Of a stretch of DNA of 64,000 nucleotides, positions 19,343-28,971 are shown piece after piece. How positions within the stretch are numbered: position 1 is the stretch's first letter; the number at the start of each line of letters is the position of its first letter. The position numbers and the translations under genes are program-made. The DNA comes from a bacterium. GTDB lineage: Bacteria; SAR324; NAC60-12. Location: the NCBI GenBank assembly GCA_965209155.1, contig OZ242383.1, positions 1,568,001-1,632,000 of the forward strand. Reading direction: 5' to 3'. The notes under the pieces are model-generated. The model was not told where the DNA came from. It did not search any database and saw only the letters and a program-made list of their open reading frames with translations.

Positions 19343-19563
19343 CAAAAAAATATAAAAAGTGCTTGACAAACATAATAAACGCACCAATCGTACCATGGGA
19401 TTGCTTGGGGATGAGAGGAAGTGAATCAAGTATTGTGAAAGCAATTCCTCCTCCCCGGAAATCTTTTTTCCTCATCCATACGGACGAGCGCACGGTATTT
19501 CATTGCTCAATTATGTAAGAAGTGGTTCCAATGTATCTTAAGAAATTTCTGGCCCGCTTCGTT

Positions 19564-19745
19564 GGGCTGAGCGTGGCAGACGTCGTGTCTGCTGCGAAAA
19601 TCCGATTCGCCCAGGGCGGGGTGAATCGTTCTTTTAACCCTCAAATTAGAGAGGTACCCATGTTTTGTAAGATGAAAAAATGCTTTACCCCCGTCATGGG
19701 GCTGAGCGTGGCAGACGTCGTGTCTGCTGCGAAAATCCGATTCGC
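19564..19745 (+). repeat. Two identical 47-bp hairpin-forming direct repeats (19564-19610 and 19699-19745)
   Basis: GGGCTGAGCGTGGCAGACGTCGTGTCTGCTGCGAAAATCCGATTCGC twice, period 135 bp. Confidence 0.95.
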
Positions 19746-19794
19746 TCAATGGTATAGCGAATCTTCTTATTTCACCTCAAGTGTAGGAGGAATC

Positions 19795-21570
19795 ATGGAA
19801 AAAAACAAAACCAGAACAATCCAATCTTTATTGCTCACCTTCATCCTGATGGTGGCCGCTCTCGGGGTCAGTTCGGCAGCCATGGCTGCCGAGATGGTCA
19901 AAGACCCCACCACTGGTGAAATGGTGGAAGCTCCTCAATATGGGGGGACCTTAACCTACGCCGAGCGGATCGAGCCTCCGGGTACCGACCCCTGGGACCA
20001 GGGCCACGGACCAAGGGCCGTCGATGCCGTTTCAGAGAAGCTGGCCATCGCGAACTGGGGAATAGACAGGGATGAATATGGCTTCACAACCAGGTATGTC
20101 CCGCTATTTGCCTTCAAAGGGAATCTGGCGGAAAGCTGGGAAACGCCTGACCCCACCACGATCGTTCTCAACATCCGCAAGGGAGTTCGCTGGCATAACA
20201 AGGCTCCAATGTCCGGGAGAGAATTGACGGCCCAGGATGTCGAATATAACTTTCACCGTTATACGGGTCTGGGCAGCGGCTTCACCGAACCAAACCCCTT
20301 CGACTCAATGAAGGCCGCGACGTGGGAATCGATTACGGCCACCGACGATTCCACGGTTGTTTTCAAGCTGAAGGCGCCACGCAAAGACGGGCTGGAGACG
20401 ATCATCGCCCACTGGTTTCATTTCATAATGCCCCCCGAGGTCATCGAGCAACATGGCAACGTGCAGGATTGGAGGAACCTGGTGGGCACCGGGCCCTATA
20501 TGCTGACGGACTGGGTCAAGGGTAGCTCTATGACCTATACCAGAAATCCGGACTACTGGGGCACCGACGAAAAATACCCGGAGAATCGTTTGCCCTATAT
20601 CGACGAGTTAAGGCGGGTGATTATGCCCGAACAAGCAACATGGCTGGCGGCGTTTCGCTCGGGTAAGCATGATATCACAGGTTTAGCCGGCGACACTCAA
20701 TTGGGGGATATCGGCCAGGTAGAGAGCCTCCAACGGAGCAACCCCGAGATCACCTGGTACCCGTGGTACTTTCGCGCGGAGACCGGTGTTGCTTTTAACC
20801 TGCGCAGGCAGTCGCTCTTCAACGACATCCGGGTACGCCAGGCCATGCAGATGGCCATTGACCTGGAGACCATTAACAAGACTTACTATAAGGGTTTTGC
20901 CAAGTGGCAACCCCAGGGGATTGTCGGGGATAGTCTGACGGGGTATTTCATCCCCTTTGAAGAATGGCCCGATGCGGTCAAGCAAGGCTATCGGTATGAC
21001 CCGGAAGGGGCGGAGAAGCTCCTGGATGAGGCTGGGTATCCGCGCGGCGCGGATGGCATTCGATTCAAGACCGTCCTTCACCACTTGCAGCGATGGGATG
21101 TAGGCTATTATGAAATAGCCGTGGAATACTGGGCACAGATTGGCGTTGACGTGGAGATTCAGGCACTTGACAATACTCCGTGGGCGGCGCTAGTAACGGA
21201 AGGTGCTTATGAAGGGATGGCTTCTTATGGTCTCGGCGTCGACCAGGCGCCCCTCCCCATAATGGACTGGATTCAATCGAGTTATACATTTAACCCCACG
21301 GGACACCAGGACCCTGTGATGGACGCCAAGGCTGAAGCCGCCGAAGCCGCTGCCACCCTTGAGGAGCAGCAGAGGCTGGTTAGAGAGGCAGATATGTACT
21401 TTATAGAGCAGCAGTGGTACATATGGGGTCCTAAAGCCCCAATCTTTAATGCATCCCAGCCTTGGATCAAAGGTTACAACGGTGAAGTCGAAATGGGACT
21501 GGCTCGCGCAGCGGCTATCTTCGCCCGCATTTGGATTGACCAGGATCTGAAGAAAGAAATGGGACATTAG
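19795..21570 (+). CDS. Peptide/nickel ABC transporter substrate-binding protein (family 5), copy 2
   Basis: AGGAGG RBS; signal peptide ending AAMA; PQYGGTL, VGTGPY, DIRVRQAMQMAID; paralog of 6851-8608 (both end LKKEMGH). Confidence 0.9.
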   Translation: MEKNKTRTIQSLLLTFILMVAALGVSSAAMAAEMVKDPTTGEMVEAPQYGGTLTYAERIEPPGTDPWDQGHGPRAVDAVSEKLAIANWGIDRDEYGFTTRYVPLFAFKGNLAESWETPDPTTIVLNIRKGVRWHNKAPMSGRELTAQDVEYNFHRYTGLGSGFTEPNPFDSMKAATWESITATDDSTVVFKLKAPRKDGLETIIAHWFHFIMPPEVIEQHGNVQDWRNLVGTGPYMLTDWVKGSSMTYTRNPDYWGTDEKYPENRLPYIDELRRVIMPEQATWLAAFRSGKHDITGLAGDTQLGDIGQVESLQRSNPEITWYPWYFRAETGVAFNLRRQSLFNDIRVRQAMQMAIDLETINKTYYKGFAKWQPQGIVGDSLTGYFIPFEEWPDAVKQGYRYDPEGAEKLLDEAGYPRGADGIRFKTVLHHLQRWDVGYYEIAVEYWAQIGVDVEIQALDNTPWAALVTEGAYEGMASYGLGVDQAPLPIMDWIQSSYTFNPTGHQDPVMDAKAEAAEAAATLEEQQRLVREADMYFIEQQWYIWGPKAPIFNASQPWIKGYNGEVEMGLARAAAIFARIWIDQDLKKEMGH

Positions 21571-21579
21571 GGGTTTCCC

Positions 21580-22536
21580 ATGAGAGCCTATATCATCCGG
21601 CGCTTATTGCTGGTCATCCCCACCCTGTTTCTCTTGAGCATGCTGGTCTTTCTCTCGGTGCGCTTCATCCCCGGCGACGTCATAGACTCCATGTTGAGTG
21701 AGATGCAATCGGTGGGTGGCGATATAGACCGTGAAACTCTCGAGCGTCGGCTGGGACTGGACGTGCCGGTCTGGGTGCAGTATGGACGCTGGATCGGCGA
21801 GATTCTCCGGCACGGCAGCCTGGGCCAATCCCTATGGCGCCATTGGACGGTAGAGGAGGAGATATTCTCCAGATTGCCGGTCACCATTGAGCTTGGCCTG
21901 CTGGCCATCGTCATCGGGCTGGTGATCGCGCTGCCGGTGGGCATCTACTCAGCGATTCGTCAGGATACGCTCGCCGACTACGCGGGGCGCTCCCTGGCCA
22001 TCATCGGCCTGGCCACGCCGAACTTCTGGCTGGCCATCATGGTGATGATCTACCCCACCATCTGGTGGGGCTGGACCCCACCGCTGGAATATATTCCTTT
22101 CAGCGAAGATCCGCTGGGGAATCTCTGGGGGTTCTTCATCCCCAGCCTGATTCTGGGGACAGCCTCGGCGGCTGCCACCATGCGGATGATGCGCACGATG
22201 ATGCTCGAGGTGCTGCGGCAGGAGTATATCCGCACCGCCTGGTCCAAGGGACTCCGGGAGCGGGTCGTGATTGTCCGGCACACCCTCAAAAATGCCCTCA
22301 TCCCGGTTATCACCCTGATCGGCCTGCAGTTGCCAATCCTGGTCGGGGGAGCGGTGATCATGGAGAACATCTTTGCCCTGCCGGGACTCGGCCGTCTCAT
22401 GCTGGATGCCCTGCAAAGCCGTGACTACCCGGTGGTCCAGGGAACCAACCTGTTTTTCGCCACCGGGGTGGTGCTGCTCAATCTCCTCATCGACCTGATT
22501 TATCCCTATTTGGACCCGAGAGTGCGCTATGAATAG
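21580..22536 (+). CDS. Peptide ABC transporter permease (DppB-like), copy 2
   Basis: Close paralog of 8671-9633. Confidence 0.92.
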   Translation: MRAYIIRRLLLVIPTLFLLSMLVFLSVRFIPGDVIDSMLSEMQSVGGDIDRETLERRLGLDVPVWVQYGRWIGEILRHGSLGQSLWRHWTVEEEIFSRLPVTIELGLLAIVIGLVIALPVGIYSAIRQDTLADYAGRSLAIIGLATPNFWLAIMVMIYPTIWWGWTPPLEYIPFSEDPLGNLWGFFIPSLILGTASAAATMRMMRTMMLEVLRQEYIRTAWSKGLRERVVIVRHTLKNALIPVITLIGLQLPILVGGAVIMENIFALPGLGRLMLDALQSRDYPVVQGTNLFFATGVVLLNLLIDLIYPYLDPRVRYE

Positions 22537-22586
22537 TCGCTGGCGCGAAAGGTGTTAGGAGTTAGGATTAATATCACCAAGAAAAC

Positions 22587-22658
22587 GGTAGGGCCGGGTG
22601 ACGTCCCGGCCAATGCGAGCGATGCGTTTTTTAGGCCGGGACGTTACCCGGCCCTACC
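22587..22658. repeat. GTAG-type REP doublet (REPIN-like inverted pair)
   Basis: GGTAGGGCCGGGTGACGTCCCGGCC ... GGCCGGGACGTTACCCGGCCCTACC; each arm is itself palindromic. Confidence 0.8.
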
Positions 22659-22676
22659 TTTAGAGAAATCGGGATC

Positions 22677-23642
22677 ATGAACAACACTCATGAAACACCA
22701 TTAACAATCAGCGAGTCCAAGCGACGGGGCCGGCTGGCGGATTTCTTCATCAGACTATGGCAGGAGAAGCCCCTGGGCACGGCCTGCGGGATTCTCATCT
22801 TACTCTTGATTTTCGTCGCGAGCTTTGCCGAGGCTCTGGCGCCTTATCCCTATCGGGAAATACACCTGGCCGACATCATGCAAACCCCATCCGCCCAGTA
22901 TCTGCTGGGGACCGACCACTTGGGACGAGACTTGTTGAGCCGCCTTCTCTACGGGGCTCGTATTTCGATAATGGTCGGCTTGGCCGCGACGGCACTCAAT
23001 GTGGTGGTCGCTGTCCTGATTGGCGGCACTTCCGGATTCCTGGGGGGGAAATTGGACCTGGCTGCGCAGCGCTTTGTCGATGCCTGGATGGCTTTCCCGG
23101 GACTGCTTTTGTTGTTAACCATCATGTCCATCGTGGGCCAGGGGCTCCTTCAGATCATCGTGGTCCTGGGGATCGCCGGAGGTGTCGGGGGCTCCCGAGT
23201 CATCCGCAGCGCCGTGATTGGTGTCAAAGAGAATGACTATTTTCTGGCCGCCAAAGCGGTGGGCACTTCTACGAGCCATATCCTCCTGCGCCATGTCCTG
23301 CCCAATATTATGGCGCCGATCATCATCATCTTCTCGATCAACATTGGCGGAGTCATCATTGCCGAGGCCTCGTTGAGTTTCCTCGGATTCGGATTGCCCG
23401 TCAAGGTTCCCAGCTGGGGAGGGATGCTCAGCCGGGAAGGGCGCCAGTACATGGAGCAAGCGCCCCGGTTGGCGCTCTGGCCAGGGCTGTGCCTGACGAT
23501 TGTCGTCTATTCGCTCAACATGTTCGGCGATGCCATGCGCGATCTGCTCGATCCCCGGCTGCGCGGTGGGCAGGGCAGTTACGGCGCCACCAAGAAACGC
23601 AAACGGGGATTCCTCGCCCGACTGATCAATCCTTTCTCATAG
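22677..23642 (+). CDS. Peptide ABC transporter permease (DppC-like), copy 2
   Basis: Close paralog of 9626-10567. Confidence 0.92.
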   Translation: MNNTHETPLTISESKRRGRLADFFIRLWQEKPLGTACGILILLLIFVASFAEALAPYPYREIHLADIMQTPSAQYLLGTDHLGRDLLSRLLYGARISIMVGLAATALNVVVAVLIGGTSGFLGGKLDLAAQRFVDAWMAFPGLLLLLTIMSIVGQGLLQIIVVLGIAGGVGGSRVIRSAVIGVKENDYFLAAKAVGTSTSHILLRHVLPNIMAPIIIIFSINIGGVIIAEASLSFLGFGLPVKVPSWGGMLSREGRQYMEQAPRLALWPGLCLTIVVYSLNMFGDAMRDLLDPRLRGGQGSYGATKKRKRGFLARLINPFS

Positions 23643-23970
23643 GAGGCTCTCCCTCATCTATGAGGCCGCCAAAGCCAATAACCAAGGATTAGCACGGGAG
23701 GTGATTTTCAATGTGGGTAAAGAAAGAAAAATGGAGCTCTTGCCCTCACTTTTCGCCCAAAGAAGAAGATTGGTTCTCCATAGGGGCAGAGGCATGAGAA
23801 AAGTAGTTGCCATGAATCCACGGTTCTGTCCAACAAAAAGATGAAGCGGAATTTCCATCCTCGCCGTTTCAAAAATCCTTGCCAAAACGATCATTCCTTG
23901 CCATTAATGAAGTGTGTGGAAATCCGCTTATCTAAATGGTTCCAGATTGCGTAAAAAACAAGGATAGTAA

Positions 23971-25020
23971 ATGATTCCTCCGGATTGGAAGCTGGGCTCA
24001 TACTATTTTGAAATTCCTTCCTCCTTAATCGCCCAGTACCCTGCAGAACAACGAGATCATTCCCGAATGATGGTTTTGTCCCGGGAGTCAAAGAAAGTCA
24101 GCCATGATTATTTTTACCAGATTGTCGACTGGTTGCCAGAAGATATTGCTTTAGTGCTCAACAATACCAAAGTTATTCCCACCCGCCTTGTAGGGCAGCG
24201 CAGCAGTGGTGGAAATCTTGAAGCCCAGTTGCTTCGTGAACGAACTCCCGGTCAATGGGAAGTTCTGATCAAACGTGCCAAGCGTATCCGGCCCGGGGAA
24301 TCCCTTTCATTTTGTTCGAGTTATATCCCCGCAAAAGCGATTAGACGATTACCGGAAGGCACGTGGGTGCTTGAATTTGAGCATCACGAAACATTGATGT
24401 CGAGGCTTGAGCAGCATGCTTATTCGCCATTACCTCCCTACATCGACCGGGCTCAAACCTTGAATTCGGATAAAGAACGAGATCGGGTACGTTATCAAAC
24501 ATGCTACGCACGTCAACCTGGTGCCGTAGCAGCGCCGACAGCGGGTTTGCATTTTACTCCCGAAATCCTGAAGAAAATCGAGCAAAAGGGAATTCCTCTC
24601 ATTGAAGTGACGCTCCATGTGGGTCTCGGTACTTTTGCTCCGCTCCGTGCTCAGGATATTCGAGAGCATGAGATCCATGACGAATACTTTGAAATCAATG
24701 CTGCCAATCAACTCCGACTACGGCATGCGAGGGAAAATAAAAGAAAACTGGTGGCGGTGGGAACGACTTGCGTGCGTATACTGGAAACCCTGGCCCGGGA
24801 CGAAAACATCAGCTCCGGATGGACAAAACTTTATATTTATCCACCTTTTAATTTCAAGTGGGTGCAGGGATTGCTTACAAATTTTCACTTGCCTGATTCC
24901 ACGCTCATTTTGCTGGTGGCTGCCTTTTATGGACGCGAACCCTTGATGAATGCCTATCAAATGGCAATTGCGAAACAGTACCGTTTTTATAGCTATGGAG
25001 ACTGTATGCTGATCCTATAG
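23971..25020 (+). CDS. queA: S-adenosylmethionine:tRNA ribosyltransferase-isomerase
   Basis: LIAQYP, PLPPYI, AAPTAGLHF, TLHVGLGTF, TNFHLP, YRFYSYGDCM. Confidence 0.97.
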   Translation: MIPPDWKLGSYYFEIPSSLIAQYPAEQRDHSRMMVLSRESKKVSHDYFYQIVDWLPEDIALVLNNTKVIPTRLVGQRSSGGNLEAQLLRERTPGQWEVLIKRAKRIRPGESLSFCSSYIPAKAIRRLPEGTWVLEFEHHETLMSRLEQHAYSPLPPYIDRAQTLNSDKERDRVRYQTCYARQPGAVAAPTAGLHFTPEILKKIEQKGIPLIEVTLHVGLGTFAPLRAQDIREHEIHDEYFEINAANQLRLRHARENKRKLVAVGTTCVRILETLARDENISSGWTKLYIYPPFNFKWVQGLLTNFHLPDSTLILLVAAFYGREPLMNAYQMAIAKQYRFYSYGDCMLIL

Positions 25021-25029
25021 GCATTGAAT

Positions 25030-25785
25030 CTAAATCCATCCACGGACTTTATAGGCAAGCAATCCGACGTATTCATGCGCATAGGTTTGAAGTTTATTAA
25101 AATTTTCCCAATCAAAGATCTGCCACCAGGATATTGGATTTTTCAAGGTGGAACTATTGGCTGCATAGGGAATGATTTCAAATCCAAGATGCTCGAATGT
25201 GAGCGAGAGTCGCAATAAGTGATAATCGTGGGTGACCAGTAGAATTTTTTTCAGTTGGCGCGCATTGAGGATTTCTGCACTTTTTGTGCTGTTCATATGA
25301 GTATCCACAGATTGGTTCTCTATCAGGATATCTTCATCCGGAATACCCATCCCTTTCAGGATAATGTGCATGCCCTTAGCAGCAAAATGTCCCTCCGAGG
25401 GTTTGGTAACAATGCCCCCGGTGACAAGGATCAATGGAGCCCACCCCTCCAGGTAGAGCTGAGCAGCTGTGTGAGCCCGAATGGTCGAACCGGGAGAAGG
25501 CGCTCCTGTTTCATGGATACCGGCTGTGGCTACGACGATTACATCCGCTTTTTTTTTCTGGCTGACCGGCGTCCATTGTTTGAGAGGCCAGGAAAAGAGT
25601 TGAAAAAACCAAGAGCTGCTGGCGAGTATCAATCCCACCCACAAGACGATCATCCATATCAAACGAGAATTTTGTCTCCGTGGTTTTCTCCAGGAAGGCA
25701 GGCAGCACGTGATCAAGAAAAGGATCCCAAAGATCAGCGGACTGAAAATCAGGTTTTCCAATATCAAGGCAATCGAGTTTGGCAT
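25030..25785 (-). CDS. YdcF/ElyC (DUF218) family membrane-anchored protein
   Basis: LVTGG, ENQSVDTHMN, LLVTHDYHL.R, HEYVGLLAY. Confidence 0.85.
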   Translation of the reverse strand: MPNSIALILENLIFSPLIFGILFLITCCLPSWRKPRRQNSRLIWMIVLWVGLILASSSWFFQLFSWPLKQWTPVSQKKKADVIVVATAGIHETGAPSPGSTIRAHTAAQLYLEGWAPLILVTGGIVTKPSEGHFAAKGMHIILKGMGIPDEDILIENQSVDTHMNSTKSAEILNARQLKKILLVTHDYHLLRLSLTFEHLGFEIIPYAANSSTLKNPISWWQIFDWENFNKLQTYAHEYVGLLAYKVRGWI

Positions 25786-25897
25786 AAATAGTCAATACAA
25801 TCGATTAATGTAATTGTCAATAATTTGAAATAGCAAATAAGTAAATAAACTTTAAGCGTGGACAAGGCAAGGGGAGGTTTATTTAAAAATGGTCGAC

Positions 25898-26797
25898 TCA
25901 TAATTCGCGAATAAGCATAGCAGCTTGCCATTCTTCTTTTACAAACAAGCAATGGGGCTTCATCCCCAAAGCCTGAAATGCCTTATTCAACTCAGGCCAT
26001 TGCGACTCCAGAAATCCGCTGCAAATCAAGGTTCCTTGTGGTTCAGTCTTATGAACCAGGTCAGAGTGGGATTCAAGCAACTCATGGGAGAGCATATTGC
26101 TGATTACAACCGCATATTGCCGATTCAGACAATTCGCGCGACCTACCACTGCCCGCACGACTTGATCCAAATTATTCAGCTTCCGGTTTGTCACTACATC
26201 TCGAATCGCGGCGAAATCATGATCTACTCCATGTACCAGGGGAATGCCCAGGTGGGCGGCGGCGAAAGAAAGGATACCCGATCCGGTTCCAACATCCAAA
26301 AGAGATGTTGGCATTTTTGGATCTTCGAGAATTCGGGCTTCCAATGCTTCTAAGGCCAGGAGAGTGGAAGGGTGGTGGCCTGTGCCGAATCCTTGATTCG
26401 GATTGATGATCAGCAAGATCCTGTCAGCCGTGTCAACTTCTGTAGCCCAGGGAGGGCAGATAGTGAAAGTTCGTCCCGCTTTCAAAGGTCGGAAATGGTC
26501 TTTCCAGCCGGATTGCCAATCTTTATATGGATGGGATTCAAGTTTGAGCACGGAAACCGTTCCCCGGGTATTGGGAAACGATTGAGCAAATTGTTGCGGA
26601 TATTCTAGTACCGTATCGTAAGTTTTTTTTTCAAAAAAAATCCGTTGTTGCTGTCTCGTTTCCGTTTCGGAAATTACCTCGATTCCACATGCTTCTTTTT
26701 CAAAACAAAAAGTGGACCACAAATCCGCAGACTCTTGATGAAGTTCTACTTCCAATGTCAAATAATGGCTTTCCGATAAATCTTTCAATTCAGTCAT
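25898..26797 (-). CDS. prmA: Ribosomal protein L11 methyltransferase
   Basis: PPW, INPNQGFGTGHHPST, LDVGTGSGIL. Confidence 0.9.
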   Translation of the reverse strand: MTELKDLSESHYLTLEVELHQESADLWSTFCFEKEACGIEVISETETRQQQRIFFEKKTYDTVLEYPQQFAQSFPNTRGTVSVLKLESHPYKDWQSGWKDHFRPLKAGRTFTICPPWATEVDTADRILLIINPNQGFGTGHHPSTLLALEALEARILEDPKMPTSLLDVGTGSGILSFAAAHLGIPLVHGVDHDFAAIRDVVTNRKLNNLDQVVRAVVGRANCLNRQYAVVISNMLSHELLESHSDLVHKTEPQGTLICSGFLESQWPELNKAFQALGMKPHCLFVKEEWQAAMLIREL

Positions 26798-26884
26798 GAC
26801 AATCGGCAGTGGACCACAGAAACGATCTTGTCCGGGAATCCATGAGCGCCCGCTGCATCTCTATGGAAAAATTTTAACTTTGCT

Positions 26885-27547
26885 TCATCGTTCAATTTCC
26901 CGCTCTTCGCGTAGATGCGGAATGAGTTCATCTCTGAATTGCTGTGACTGAACCATCCAGGTGGGCAAATCCGGATGATGCACGGGATAAGAGGGTATAT
27001 AGTGAAAACCGATTTTCAGAAATTGTAGGATCAGCATAGCCGTCAGTCCCCAGATGTCATAGTCCTTGAAATAGAAATGATGCGCGATGTAAGGGCGCCT
27101 TGATCTGTATTCACAGGTCGAGTGATTTGCATCTTCCATGAAGAAATTGACAGGAACTTCAAACACGCTTTTTATTTCAGAGGCATTGGGTTGTGGGACG
27201 AACCCTGTGGGAATCAACCCGATAAATGGGGTGACCAGTAAAAAATTTACTGAGATGATTTGATCGAGCCGACCCAGGATTTGAACCTGATCCGGGTGTA
27301 ATCCGATTTCTTCATGACTCTCACGCAGGGCGGTTTCCAGGGCGTCCTTGTCTGTGGAATCCGCTTTACCTCCAGGAAAGGACACTTGCCCGGAATGAGA
27401 GCGCAACGATGTAGAACGTTGCGTGAAGAGGAGGTGAAGCCGGGAGTCTTTTTCATGCAAGGGGATCAAGACCGAAGCTTTTTGAGTGGGATGTGGATTT
27501 TCGGGAGGAGTGTATCTGGCAAGACGCTCTTGCAGGATTTTCAGCAT
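26885..27547 (-). CDS. Nudix CoA pyrophosphatase
   Basis: HSGQVSFPGG...TALRESHEEIGL, IWGLTA. Confidence 0.9.
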   Translation of the reverse strand: MLKILQERLARYTPPENPHPTQKASVLIPLHEKDSRLHLLFTQRSTSLRSHSGQVSFPGGKADSTDKDALETALRESHEEIGLHPDQVQILGRLDQIISVNFLLVTPFIGLIPTGFVPQPNASEIKSVFEVPVNFFMEDANHSTCEYRSRRPYIAHHFYFKDYDIWGLTAMLILQFLKIGFHYIPSYPVHHPDLPTWMVQSQQFRDELIPHLREEREIER

Positions 27548-27984
27548 TATTCTTTAGGAGAAAGAAGTTTACGGTTTTGTTTCCAATACTTATTTGTTAC
27601 TTTCTGGATTTTCCCACATGCTTTGAGACAAGCTCTGGCAAAGGCAGGCGTGAATTGAGCTTGAGGCGTGCGTGTGGATTGAAACATGTCTCTTTCCACC
27701 GTGCTGTCGAGGACAGCGCAAGCGGAATGCAGGACTTCAAACACTTTTTCCTCTTCAATACACTTTTTAAGTAACTCACTCGTAGAAAAAACCGGGAATT
27801 GAAAGTAGCCCCGAGCTTCCAGGATGGAGCTCAGAGCATTCATTGCTGCCTGCGTACTCAGCAAACTACTTTTATGGGGTTGCAATTCAAGTACGGTTTT
27901 AGCTTCCTTAAAATCAATCTGCGCTTGCTGCCAGGAAATCTGAGCACGCTGTATGGCACGAGAAGATGGTTGGGTTTTATACAT
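27547..27984 (-). CDS. HEPN-like domain protein (degenerate)
   Basis: W.QA..D...A...L...S.LLS.QAA.NAL..IL helix pattern; terminal A..CL..C..I helix. Confidence 0.55.
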   Translation of the reverse strand: MYKTQPSSRAIQRAQISWQQAQIDFKEAKTVLELQPHKSSLLSTQAAMNALSSILEARGYFQFPVFSTSELLKKCIEEEKVFEVLHSACAVLDSTVERDMFQSTRTPQAQFTPAFARACLKACGKIQKVTNKYWKQNRKLLSPKE

Positions 27985-28006
27985 GAAGTCCTCGGACTTT
28001 CAACCT

Positions 28007-28681
28007 TTATTTTCGGACACGATACGTTTGCAAATAGGTTTCAATTCGTTGATAATTTCCCTTGGTCAAAACCACCTTGCCATCAATCTCACGTCCTTGC
28101 AGGTAATGACAAATTTCTTCTATGGAGACGATGGCTCTCACCGGGATTTTGGTTTCGACCTGCAATTCGAGCACCGTGTCTTTTCCCTCCATATTGGTTT
28201 CCATACGGTCCACTGCGATCAAGATGCCACAAAATTTTGCAGGAAAAATCTGCCGCACTTGCTTGATAGCTTCGAGCTTGGTAGTTCCGTCGGTGATGAC
28301 ATCGTCAACCATCACAACGCGGTCAGTCGCGGTGGGGAGCTTCCCAACCAGGGTTGTTCGGTCCCCGTGGGTTTTGGCTTCTTTGCGGTTAAAAAAATAG
28401 CCGATGTTGTGGTCAAAATGAGCAGATAAGGCCATCACGGTGGAAAGGCAGAGGGGAATTCCTTTGTAAGCCGGACCGAAGACCAAGGTACTCTCAGGAG
28501 CCAAATCACAAATTGCAGCTGCATAAAAATATCCTAATCGAGAGAGCGATGATCCTGAATTGAAAGATGCTATGTTAAAAAAATAAGGTGAAATACGTCC
28601 GCTTTTCAAGGTGAATTCCCCAAACTGCAATGCATTTTCTTTGACTAAAAACTCAATAAATTCTCTCTTATAGTTTGACAT
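28007..28681 (-). CDS. pyrE: Orotate phosphoribosyltransferase
   Basis: FGEFTLKSGRISPYFFN, FGPAYKGIP, NRKEAKTHG, VDDVIT. Confidence 0.96.
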   Translation of the reverse strand: MSNYKREFIEFLVKENALQFGEFTLKSGRISPYFFNIASFNSGSSLSRLGYFYAAAICDLAPESTLVFGPAYKGIPLCLSTVMALSAHFDHNIGYFFNRKEAKTHGDRTTLVGKLPTATDRVVMVDDVITDGTTKLEAIKQVRQIFPAKFCGILIAVDRMETNMEGKDTVLELQVETKIPVRAIVSIEEICHYLQGREIDGKVVLTKGNYQRIETYLQTYRVRK

Positions 28682-28971
28682 ACCCTTCTGCTTCTTGCGT
28701 CAGACAACTATCTAAAAAAAATTCTCTGCTGGCTCAATCAGAGCTCTCGACAAACTTGAATATGTCGAATTATTCTTTATACTTTTATTTATAAATGAGG
28801 GGTAACGGAGTTTTTGCTCCTTCAATAAATATTTCGAGGTAACAGGCATTTGACATCAGCTGTCTCTGCAACCATTCTATAACCCGCAAACACAGGCTTA
28901 TCTCAATCATTCTTCGTCAGAATTTTCTAACTCATATCGTCAAATATTGCAACTTTTCATAGAGTCGCGCC

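Noticed and set aside
19564..19610. Hammerhead ribozyme (CTGA...GAAA flanking a stem)
   Set aside because: Core reads CUGAGCG rather than CUGAnGA, and stems I/III are not evident
19564..19745. 47-bp direct repeats as a CRISPR array
   Set aside because: Only two units, an 88-bp spacer, and no cas genes in the window
23643..23970. Short ORFs between dppC copy 2 and queA
   Set aside because: No recognisable motif; likely junction debris
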